A stretch of 64,000 nt of DNA from Geosiphon pyriformis uo1 (lineage: Eukaryota > Fungi > Glomeromycota). This document shows, one piece after another, positions 43,615-54,778 of this stretch. Under the pieces are notes generated by a model. That model had not been told where the DNA came from. It worked only from the letters and a program-made list of their open reading frames with translations, and did no database searches. Position 1 is the stretch's first letter; the number at the start of each line of letters is the position of its first letter. The translations under genes were made by a program, and so were the position numbers. Where the stretch lies: the NCBI GenBank assembly GCA_016748015.1, contig JAAOMT010000779.1:266081-330080 (forward strand), in the 5' to 3' direction.

Positions 43615-44787
43615 ATGATTGAAAGTATTCTCTCGGTCAAAATACGTGAAACGACAACACGGCAACAACCAAAGCCTCATATTGCTTATGAAGTAGAAGT
43701 CCGTGCGGCTGTTCGTACCTGGGTCGTGTGGAAACGATTTAGCGAATTTGAAGACCTTAACAAGAAATTCTTGCGACTATTTCCTAATCACCCACCACCA
43801 GTTGACATGCCTGCAAAACACTTTTTTCAGTCAACCCTTGGAAACCCAGTATTAGTGGAGGAACGCAAGAGAGGCCTTGAAGAATACTTACAAGCAATAT
43901 TAAATGACCGTGATGATCGGTGGCGAGATACCGACGAGTGGAGAGAATTTCTCGCTATACCGACAGGTCGGCCCTTGGACGCGAGTACAATGTACACTTC
44001 AGAAAGTTGGTTGGATGAATATAATCAGGTACAATCAATCGCCCGGGATATTCGTTCGCTTCTAAATCGTCGGGAGACACATTTTGCCAAAAACGAAGTT
44101 CAAGCTTCCCATAACTGCAGTCTGCAAGCCAAGAAAAGCATGAGTACTCTAAACGCACGTCTTTCACAACTTGATACTGGTTTGCAAGGTTTGGCAAAAG
44201 GATCTGGGCGAGATGGGCTTGTGATGTTAGAAGGTGAATTAAGACGCCGGATGGATATGATAAATGACCTGAAAGATGAAAGGGACACTTTGACAAAACT
44301 GGTATTGGCCAACCGGCCGGACATCGGTAAGGCATCAACCCCAGCGAGCAATATTGATCGCAATTCATTGTTCCGTCAGCCCATCAGACAACGATCCTCC
44401 CCACAATTGACTCGAGGGTCTGGCCTAGGTATGACCGTTACGTATCCTAGCAGTAACCTTAGCGGCAGCTTCACGTCTTCTACTCGGCCCACTGTAGCCT
44501 CGAGACGAGTCTTCGGAAATACCGCAGCTCCCATGCCTGTCGAAACTGAGCAAACGCGTGGCCTTGACAATGATGGGTTGGTAAAGTTACAGCAACAAGC
44601 CATGTCAGATCAAGATCTTCATGTGGAACAGTTTAGCGCATTGTTGCATCGGCAGAAGCACATTGGATTAGCTATTGGGCAAGAACTAGATATTCAAAAT
44701 AATATGCTTGATGACTTGGATAATGATGTTGAAAATATGGCTGGGAAATTGAGATATGCACAACGCAAGATTACAAATATTCATTAA
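43615..44787 (+). CDS. VAM7: Vacuolar PX-domain Qc-SNARE Vam7 (intronless)
   Basis: N-terminal PX domain (VWKRFSEFEDL, PPVDMPAK, EERKRGLEEYL), C-terminal SNARE motif (QDLHVEQFSALLHRQKHIGLAIGQELDIQNNMLDDL) and no TM anchor. Confidence 0.92.
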   Translation: MIESILSVKIRETTTRQQPKPHIAYEVEVRAAVRTWVVWKRFSEFEDLNKKFLRLFPNHPPPVDMPAKHFFQSTLGNPVLVEERKRGLEEYLQAILNDRDDRWRDTDEWREFLAIPTGRPLDASTMYTSESWLDEYNQVQSIARDIRSLLNRRETHFAKNEVQASHNCSLQAKKSMSTLNARLSQLDTGLQGLAKGSGRDGLVMLEGELRRRMDMINDLKDERDTLTKLVLANRPDIGKASTPASNIDRNSLFRQPIRQRSSPQLTRGSGLGMTVTYPSSNLSGSFTSSTRPTVASRRVFGNTAAPMPVETEQTRGLDNDGLVKLQQQAMSDQDLHVEQFSALLHRQKHIGLAIGQELDIQNNMLDDLDNDVENMAGKLRYAQRKITNIH

Positions 44788-45055
44788 GTTTAATTGATAT
44801 AAACATGAACATCAAAGCCAGTTTTCTAAACAAGCTGCTATTAATTCCGACCTTATTTTTTCAACTCTGTAAAAGTATATTGTTTTAGTGAATGATGATT
44901 TTATCCATTTGTAAAATGCCTTTTTTCAAATTACTCTTTGAAATATAGATCTTTGATTTTAAAAAAAATTGGCATTCTCAAATTATCTACCTAGAATTGT
45001 AACACATCAATAATAGGGAATACTAAAAATTGCTATCATTTCCTGCATGGTCACT

Positions 45056-46545
45056 TTAGGACCAAGGCTCATCAATTAATGACCGGAAAAAGATCCCCCG
45101 AACGCCATTTTCATCTTTATCTATCATAATCCCTCCGATTCTTTGGATATTTCCACACCAGCTACAAGTTTTGGAGGTACAGGCCACATTTTAGATGATA
45201 ACTCGGACTCCCAATTCTTCTGCCTTGGTGATCAGACATTGACGAAATCGATAGTGGGCCCAGCATAGCATCTTTCTAATTGTTTTCATGTGAATTTTCT
45301 CGTTTCGATATCTCAAAGCATCAAATTCGGGAGTGAAAAATGTGACAGCCTTTCTGTAAGATCTTTTGATGCATGCACCCAATCGCCTTCTGGTTTTAGC
45401 TTACGTTTTGAGGAGGTATTTAATTTATCTTTCATTGAGCAAAGGTCATCCAGAGACGAACACCTTTTGTTGGGATTATCATGTAAATGAAGTGCGAATG
45501 CTAGGATCTATATAGACTGCATGAATAGATCCATCCACGTGAGTTTCGCACAGCTATTTTTGCGTCTCGTATATCCAGGCAAACCTCAACTCCTTAGTTT
45601 TGTGTGAATTGGACTAATTGCTATTTTTACATTTTTTTTCCGAAATGGAAATGATAATACATGTTTATCCTTAAAAATAAAGAATAAAAAATGACATAAA
45701 TAATGATTCAAAAAATATATATACATAATTTATTATCTTGTGTCGATGTCTATATGAATATATTGCTGGGGTGTGAAGGTAAAATACTCCAAGGTAACTC
45801 GGCAAAATTTTGAGCAAGAATTGTCATGGTGTGATGCCGTACCTTACGAGATTGATAAAAAAAGATGATGTGTTGATGCACCTTGTTGTCGCTGTGCATT
45901 ACGTTTAATAACTTTTTTTCGCGCAACCAATGTTAGATCAATCGCTTAGTCTGTAATGTAACATCTTAAGGGCATGCCAAGACGGATGATAGCTCTGCAA
46001 AATTTTCTTTCAGCCCAGGTACCCGAAACATCATTAAAAAGAAGACGTTTTGTTAAAACGTCATAGCGTTTAACCATCCTTTTTCCATGATACCATGTTG
46101 TTCATAATGATGCTCCATCCCACCACAGTATTAAAGGCAAATCTCGCCAAACCCATCAGTCGCTTCAATGGCTGCTTCTGAGGATGGTTGGGATGCATCT
46201 TGACTAGTAACGTGCCTTCCGTCTTCTGGCGCTTGGCACGGGTTGCTGTTGCCTTTCCCTTGCGCTTTTTTATTCCTGTGTTCTCTTCAGTAGCGAGAAG
46301 CTCTCCTTCCCTGCATGTGGCAGATGAAGACCGTGTTGATGGCAGAATATCCTGGAAGAGTCTGTCCGTCAGAGGTAACATCGTCGAAGAAAGCCACGAG
46401 TTTTACAGAATGGAGGGAGAAGACATATTGAAGAAGGTCAAAGGCAAACAGGGAGAGTCAATCACAGTGGGTAATGGCAACCTCCGAAACAGCACTGTTC
46501 CAGTAGGGTCTTAAGCCCTTAGCGCTTGAAGTTGATCTTAACCCG
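45056..46545 (-). pseudogene. tnpB: Fanzor2 / TnpB-like RNA-guided RuvC nuclease pseudogene
   Basis: N-terminal STSSAKGLRPYWN; basic KKRKGKATATRAKRQK; HTH LVKMHPNHPQKQPLKRLMGLARFAFN; RuvC-I AVYIDPSIRTSFT; KMLCWAHYRFRQCLITKA; *NVACTSKTCSWCG; RuvC-III IDKDENGVRGIFFR. Stops, frameshifts and deletions are present, including loss of the second CxxC. Confidence 0.88.
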
Positions 46546-46636
46546 ATATTGCTGAGCTCATATGTCCAGAATCTGGCGAGAAGTTGTTTTTGCCGCTTAA
46601 GGTTCTCTTTTGCTTTGCACTAGAGACATGGGCAGA
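46131..46636 (-). pseudogene. tnpA: IS607 TnpA serine recombinase pseudogene (N-terminal HTH deleted)
   Basis: AHVSSAKQ.ENLKRQ (YARVSS catalytic motif), SNIG..INFKR*GLKTLLEQ, VAITHCD*LSLFAFDLLQYVFSLHSVKLV, AINTVFICHMQGRRASRY. Confidence 0.85.
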
Positions 46637-46964
46637 GGTGGTGGTGGTATCATCATTTCGAGAAGTTAGAGGAAAAAGAAGGTATTTATTTTCATTTTTT
46701 CATAATATCTATACTAATAATAGAAATCAAATAATAATTGAGATCTTCAAATTGACGATTATGAAATGAGCAAAGGTTCGAAATTAACCTGTAGCTAATT
46801 CTCTTTCAATTGAATGAGTAGAGCAACTTTTTATTGAAGCGGTGATAAGGGCTGAACTATAAGAAATTTAAGAAAATTATCTTTTGAGAAGTGCTACCAA
46901 GAAAACCTCAAAATAATGTTAATCAATACTTTATTGGAAAAAGATTATTAGTCTTAAGGATTCA

Positions 46965-49900
46965 TTATTTGCCGGCGAACAACATAGCACTTTCATCACT
47001 TTCATTAGCCTCTTCGCATTCGTCCCCATATAACACTTTGAGTGCTTCCACATATTTTGGAAGTTTATAGAACTGCCCCAATCGCACCTGCATTAAATCG
47101 AACCCAATTCCTATTCGATCATGGGCGTCGGTGAAGATTGGGACTTTGGGATATCGTTGGCTGAAGTGAGTGAATAATGTCGATTTTGCGTTCATCCTAT
47201 GACATAAATTCGTTTCGATAAAGTTTATTAAGTGAATATAGTATTCACAAAATAATGAAATACCTTTGGCTGATTTGGACAGCTTCTTTTGTGGTACAAT
47301 GGCGTTTCATAATAGCGTCTTCTTGCAAATCGTTTTCAAAAGTTGCCTCATGAATTAATAAAGTGGCGTCTTTTCCTACCCGGACGAGATTATCACATGG
47401 TCGAGTATCACCCGAGTAACTAGATCCCAAAGGAGGCCATTAAGCGAGATGGGAAGAATAGTGCAAGAATCAAAAGTTAATCGCACTTACACGATTTTCC
47501 AGCCATCTTTGTGTTCTAGACTAATACCGAATGCCGAAGGACAATGTATCACCTCAACCGATGTGATTTTTTTGAGCCCGAGCTGGTTTTTGAGACTAGA
47601 TACTCTGAAAATCCGGATTTGTGATTAGATTCCAAAATACCAGGCCATAAAACCGATAGGTAATAGTGAGTTACCTGTCGTTTTTAAAATGTGAATTTTC
47701 TAAAATATCTCTGTTATCAATGAATAACAAATTTGAAATTCCAAAAAACTCGACATCGTTATACTCATCCAGCCAGCGGAAAAAACGTCCTGGTGCAACA
47801 ATAAATAATTTCGATCTATTGTCTTTGTTGAGCTATTTCATATGCAAAAACCAGCTCTTTATTCATCAAGATTTGGCTAAATGTATGATTGTTCAAATCT
47901 TTTAAAAATACCTCGCTCCATTTTCTTAAAATTCGTATTGTACCTAAATGGTGATCTGCATGTAAATGAGAAATGAAGATACATCTTAATCCCTTGATAC
48001 ATTGCCGTAAGTTCATCCCGTTATCTTGCCCCAATCCGTCAATCGGGCCAAATTGTCGAACTAATTGTCCGTATGTCCCTTCCCCAGCATCTAGAAGGAT
48101 CGATCCATAATTTGGTATGGTTATGAGGTTACTACTGACTAAGTTATGAGTAGAGTGGAACACAAGAATCAGCAGATGCAATACTAAGTTTCCATATTAA
48201 AAGAATAATGGTTGCGGGTAATACCATTACGATATTTCGAAGGTTGACCGGATCCCGTGCCAAGTGTGGTAACAATTATATCATGACCAGGAGAGCTTTG
48301 AAGTAATTGTGATGTTTCTTTTAAATTTTCTTTCAGTTGTGTAGCAACTTTCAGATAATCTTGTAACTTATTCAAAGATTTTACAACATATGATTGTGGA
48401 TCACGATGATCAAAGAGCGTCGGCACTTGTGAATCGTCCAATTTTGGTTTAGGTTCCATATGGTAAATGAGAAGTGGTGCAGAAAGGGTCACTTTTTCAG
48501 GGAGATTCTCCACTAAAAATAAATGAGGTTTAATAAATTGTGTAAAATTAGAAAAAGATTTCAAAGGCTAATAATTTAAATGAATGCCTGATTTAAGATT
48601 TTTTAAAGGTTCATTTGAATAAAAAGGAACACGAAACTGTGTTTCATCAAGCTTTGAAAGTTTGAATTGACTTTGACCGGCTTTATTAAATATTAACCTT
48701 TGCAGGCAATATTGTTCATTGGAAATGATGTGCTAAAATCATAGCTTTCTGTTTAATCAAAAAGTACAGGACCAAGAAATATGATTGATCGTGAACTTTG
48801 CAATACCTGAGTATCACTCCCATATTTTCTCATCCAAGTCCGATATCTTTCGTCATCTAACACACCATTACCTAGCATGTGAACGATTAAACCTACCCGG
48901 GAATTCTCATTGTCATTTTGGTATGCGGCAAATTCAGTATTTGAGCAAACAGATTCGATATAATTTACAGAAGGCACATCTATAATGATAAGGATCTAAA
49001 AAAGAAGGTAATATATAAGCAAAGCGACTTTTATGATATTGTTGATATCACATTAAATCTCCTTACAAAACCAGGTCGCGGATCTCCCATAACTTGATGG
49101 GGGTGCACAGTAGTCCCATCAGGACCAGTCACCGATTGACCCTGATGTAATTTTGCTATCCAGAAATTTAATTAGGGGACTATAGCAAGGAGTCAAAGAA
49201 GCCGAATTCAGCTTACATACCGTACAATGGTCCTGGTTGTAGTCCAAGCGCGGTGGCGCGTTCTGGATAAAATTTTCCTTTATAATCTGGCCCTTGACAA
49301 ATATATGTAATAGCGACATTCGAGGGTTCAGATTGGGGCAATCTCTTGGGAAAAAATTCCCGACGTTTATCAGCTATACTACGATTAGACGAGACAGAAG
49401 ATAAAAATATATTGTTTTTTTTATTAGACCCCTCCACGTCATCAACGGGGATTTCAAAAACTGTCTCTTCTTCTCTGTTTCTTCGCTTTGATGGTTTTTG
49501 ATCACTATTTTGTCTTTGACTCTGGTTGAACATTAATCCCAGCAATTTTTTTTTGTACTCTAAATTCGATTGTTGTTCCGCCTGTTGTAGGTCAGAATCA
49601 AACGCTCTTTTGAGTGGTAAGGAAATTTTACCACTATTAAATGATTCAGAAGTGGCATCGATCTGTGATTGTATAATATTACTATTAGGGTGTAGGATGA
49701 CTGTTTTTATTGTCAGATTTTCATCCTGAAATTGTGTCCCATCTTCTGGAAATTCATGAGTTTCCAATGACATTGATGACCTAAAATAATCAAGACATGT
49801 CATTTTTTTACCTTTTACGATAGATTACTTCAAGAATTATAAGCATAGGGGGGTTGGTAAATATTACTTCAATTACCTCACGATAAAACTTCGAGTTGCC

Positions 49901-50823
49901 ACAATAAAATGAGTTAAGTTTTCTCCACCATATACTTTTGCCTTTGCAACCCCTGAATCAGCCATTGATAAGAGAAAGCCTATATTGGAAGAGAATTCAT
50001 TCAATATAAAGATGGAGAATTGACAATAAAACACCTTTGGGTTAAGTCTAAGATCAATTCTTATTTATAAAAAGCATTTGCACGATCTCATATAGAAATA
50101 GCGTAGACAAAAACCATTCACCAAATTCTTAGAAATGTGAATGCTTCAAAAGTGTTTAAAGTTACAGAATCCAATGTGAGAAGTCATCGCTTTTTATGTA
50201 AGGGAAATCTCCAAGATTTTTATTTAAGATAATTGAAGACTAGAATTATGGTTCTCATGAGCCCAAATTACAGGATCAGGCATCTTCTCTAATATATGTC
50301 TGACCTTAGTTCACCTTAGGGTCAGTAAGATGCGTGATCCATTGAAAGAAATTTTCGGAGCAAGGCAAAACCCAGTAAGATGGGCTGTTGAGGACAATAA
50401 TTTATGAATATCAAATAACCAGAAAACATCTTTCTTGATTCAGGCGATAATTATACCTGGAAGACCACCCATAGTTTCCCAGTCAATCCGGGTGGCAAAG
50501 ATGTTTTGTAGTCTGGTCAGCCGTAGGTGATTTTCCAAACAAATTCTCTGAGTAGCTTCACCACAATTGAATAGATATCTTCTGGGAGCTTTTGTATCAA
50601 AATGAAGCAAAACGGAAGGGGTAGTATCGGGTGTTGCACACCCGAGGATTTGTAAAAATGTTTTCATTTGAAGACGACTGCTACATGAGAAATTGCGTAA
50701 ATGCGATTGGGCTTTGCAATGTTGTGGACCGGGTTTTATGGCGAGTTGCCAGAAGAGACTGGATAAAAATGTGGGAAACAGTTCGGAAACAGATGAAAGG
50801 TAATAAAATTGAGAAATTTTCAT
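46965..50823 (-). CDS. TRZ1: Long-form tRNase Z (ELAC2/Trz1), multi-exon
   Basis: [70 protein letters not shown] (HxHxDH), [25 protein letters not shown]. In-frame ATGs at 50823 and 50667. Confidence 0.95.
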
Positions 50824-50859
50824 AAAAGCTTTAATTTTTTTTAAATTATAATGGTCTGA

Positions 50860-50870
50860 TATGACTCATA
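50860..50870. promoter_or_regulatory. AP-1/Gcn4(CpcA)-type site TATGACTCATA in a 99-bp divergent intergenic region
   Basis: Perfect ATGACTCAT with symmetric flanks between the TRZ1 and TTL start codons. Confidence 0.35.
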
Positions 50871-50922
50871 GGCATTGTTTGATCTTGCCCAATTATTTTT
50901 TTTTCTGGGAACAAAAACAAAT

Positions 50923-52442
50923 ATGACTGAACCGAACTTACCACGAGCAATTCTTAGCATTCAAGATGTATACACACGTTCCCTAATCATATCAGCATTA
51001 ACCAAGTATCTACCTTCCATAGACATTCTATCTATTAATTCACCCTCAACAGATACCCCAAACATAATTACTTCATCGCGGCCATCATTGACTCTCTACT
51101 GGCAAGAATACGAAGACCTAGACTTTTCGCACCTTCTTGTCAATCCTCAAACAACTCTCGCAAACTCATACTGTATACGAAAAGGTTTAATACGTAAGGC
51201 TCAACTCAGTCAACTCCTCCACAAACACGTCATCAAAAACCCTGAATCAATTTTAACGCGTGCTGTCCCTGAAACATGGCTTTTCGAAGTCCCACATGTG
51301 GAATACCTCGATGAGGCCCTCGAGGATGTTTTTGAAGTTTTAAGGGATTGTGAAGCAAATCAAATCTCGGACTCGGCTGAGAATAATGAGAGGAGAAAAA
51401 AAAACTTCATTTTGAAACCGAACTTGGTAAACAAAGGAGCCGAAGTTGTGATCTTTGAAAGTGTGAACCAATTGAGAGCAATTTTTGAGAGAGATAGTTC
51501 TTCAAGTGGACCATTGGAGCAAACGAACAATGAAGTGGCTGCTGATTCAATGGAAAATTTTAGTGATCAGGTGTCAAATGATGAAATTTCAGACGAAGAT
51601 GAAAGCATGTTCCATATTCGTGAATGGGTTATACAGCGTTATATATCTAATCCGCGTTTAATCAATGATCGCAAATTTCATATACGAGCCTATGTGCTGG
51701 CGATATCAAATATTAAAGTCTATCTACATAAAGATATGCTTGCTTTGTTCGCTCTGAAACCCTATGATCCCGAAAACATCCACAACACTTTATCACACCT
51801 CACCAATACGTGTTTACAAATTAATCAGGCTGAATACGTTGGTAAATTGATAAACAAGCAGGTTTTCCTCGAAAATTTTCTATCTTACATTTACAATAAA
51901 TTTCTCTCGCCGCTTTTGGGTTTAGAATCGGAGCAAGTAAAGCTCTTTTGGGAGTTGAAAGAAAAAGCGAATGGATCCTCTATTATCCCGGTACAAGATT
52001 TAAACTCTATATTTGATCAGATCAAAGATATTTTGCGCGAATGTTTCAAGGCAGTGGTAGGTGAGGTAACTCAGTTTATGCCGTGGGAGAACGCTTTCGA
52101 ATTATTTGGATTTGATTTCATAGTTGACGAAAACAATCAAGTTTATATCCTTGAAGCTAATTCGGTAAATAATTTTTCAAGTTTTACAAGATTTGAGTAA
52201 TTTTATAATTTAAAGGGTTTTCTTCCTTTTAGTTTCCAGACTTTAAACAAACTGGAAGTCGATTGTCATATGTCATTACAAAATTATTTGAGGGGACGGT
52301 CGCTTTAGCTGTTGTCCCCTTTTTTAATCGCAGTTTGGCTATTGCCACTGAAGAAAGGAACCAAGATGTGAATTCTGAAAATAGATTTGTTCTTGTGTTT
52401 GAACGCAATATCCGGATTCCTAATAATGATTCTGTCAAATAA
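50923..52442 (+). CDS. Tubulin-tyrosine ligase family ATP-grasp protein (Pby1 C-terminal-like, no SurE domain)
   Basis: NSYCIRKGLIRKAQL, FILKPNLVNKG, WVIQRYISNPRLINDRKFHIRAYVL, HLTNTCLQ, FELFGFDFIVD, LEANS/FPDFKQTG. Introns at 51842-51925 and 52165-52232. Confidence 0.9.
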
Positions 52443-54778
52443 GAAATCGACTAGAGAACTTTCACGTTCTTTAAACAAGTGTAATCGGATTTCTTGGGCG
52501 CTCCTATCTCAAGTTCTGTGAACAAAAAGCTTGAACACCAAGTGTTTCCTTGACTTTACTGATCAGTTAGATATTCCAGATGAACAGAAAAATCAGAATA
52601 TCATTATAGAATGATGGCTCCGTCTTAGAGATCTGAGTTAGAAAATGTGAAAACATGGTTAAATAATTGCTTGTTCATTCAACCCATGCTTCGAAAATAT
52701 ATTAGCTAAAGGTCAGCTCAAAGGTTTATTTCCTTAGGAACAAGAAAGATCTCGCACGAATAAATCCTTGCGAGAACCCCACCATAAATCTGTGAACAAG
52801 TTCAAGTTCTCGGCAAAGAAAACCTTTGACCGGGATGATAAACGAGCTCGTAGATTACGTGTTGTTTTTCCCAGTCATCGAATGGATAAACTTCTTGTTT
52901 TTCATCATTCAGCCAATGAAGTTAAAAGGCAAAAAGAGAATTGTTCGTACCTTCAATTGCAGGAGTCTTTGATCTTTCAAAGTATTGGGATTTGTTTTCT
53001 TTCATATATGGCTTGAAACCTGAGGTACAGGATAGAAATCTAGTGTCAGTATTGAATAGGAATCTCAGATAGAATTGAAAACAAATTGAAAATATGTATC
53101 AGGATCAAGAAATAATCACAATGAGATTCAGTTGAAACACGGATGATAATTTAGCATCATTTACTTAATATTGAAAAGCCGTATGCTCAATACTGACCAT
53201 CAAGAAAATGAAGGAACACTACAAAGTGAAAACATAAAGGTAGAGTTAAAATGATATCTTCAAGGATGTTCTTCATGGAACATGGGACTTGTGTCAGAAA
53301 ATGGTTTTGGTATTTAGGTTAGCTTCATTTAATATTTCAGAAGCAGAACTGGTTATATTTTGTTTCATCATTATTAATTATCTTTGAAAGGTCTTTAATA
53401 AGAGCTCAACTACGTACCATTTACTACCCACTAAAGAATGATTCGTTGTGCACCAATCTGGAAGTTAATAATAATAAGATTAGACAAGCCAATGTATTAC
53501 TACTTTTAAGAAATACGATTATAAATATCAGATGGTAGTGCATGTTTTGTTTTTGGCTCATTTGTTTGAATAAATCACCGAAACAAGTGTGGAAACTTAT
53601 CATCCCGTATAAAATGGAAATCAAAAGTCAATAATGAATTGAAAGAATTCAAAAAATTTTTATACTTGCATCAAGTTTATAGAAATGCGGATAAAATCAA
53701 ACATTCCGATTTGATTGAAGGATTCTTGCCATCCTGATAGCCAAAAATGGTTATAACTGAAGCTTGAAGCTTCCTGCTAAGCTTTAATAAATTTTAACCC
53801 GTAAGAGTCACCTCTAACAGTAGGACCAAAAGTTAAAATGCGTGAAATTAATATTATCGATGAAATATAATGACCAAAATCCCCATTAAAACTTTAAAAA
53901 TTACAATATAGGCAAATAATAACCTAAATGATTGTCACAAATAATAGATAAATACCTCAGGGATGACATGAATGAAACCTGCGGGAAATTGTCTTGCTAT
54001 TAAATTTTTAGAGGAACCAAAATAAAATACGAGATATGTCTTCAATAACAGTCATTGAACCAAATTTTCGAATACTGCAAAATTATTAAAAGGATTGTTG
54101 TTCAGAAACGAGGAATCCCTGTAACTTTACGCTTTATCCACATACTCGTAAAACATGTTCAGTGGTATCAAAAGGACACGCAAAATAATCATCAAAACAA
54201 TCAAAATAAAAGGCTATCATTAACAGACAAGAAAATTAAAACACTTGTTGCTTACCAGAACGTAAGGAAAAAAAATCTTTTTTTTTTTGCAATATTTATA
54301 TACCTTTCACGTGATACAAACAGCCAGTAATCGAAAATAAAGATCTTGGATATTTATTATTTTAAATTAAACAATTACAGTAATATTTATTTTGTAAAAA
54401 ATAATTCCAATTTTATAATTATATAATACAATAATAAATGTTCTAAATTAAATAGAACATATGTATTTTTTACATATAACCAATTATCTTATTTAAAAAA
54501 GCCTATTTCTTTGCATATCAAAAACCAAACCAATTATATTAGACTTAATATTAAAAGTTTAAAGCTTTTAAGAATTATTATTTTAACAAAATTTATCTTA
54601 TTAATATGAAAATATAAATTATTATTAAACAGATTATTTATATTATACTTTATTTTAAGATTAATTATCTTTTTGTTTAAATTGGCAACAATTTTTTTAA
54701 ATATATTAATATCTTTTTTAATTTTAAAATTTTTATTTTATTTTAATATTTAAAAAATATATTAACTTTATAATTAAA

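Larger units (their letters stand above)
45000..46720 (-). mobile_element. Decayed IS607-family element (TnpA serine recombinase + Fanzor2/TnpB)
   Basis: Contains the two overlapping pseudogenes listed below. Ends are approximate and no terminal inverted repeats are seen, as expected for IS607. Confidence 0.85.

Noticed and set aside
43955-44603. Minus-strand ORFs within VAM7
   Set aside because: Antisense to a well-supported gene.
46503-46540. TAGGG...CTTAAGCCCTTAGCG resembles a pistol ribozyme core
   Set aside because: It is the antisense of the TnpA FKR(K)GLKTL codons, and the P1 stem is missing.
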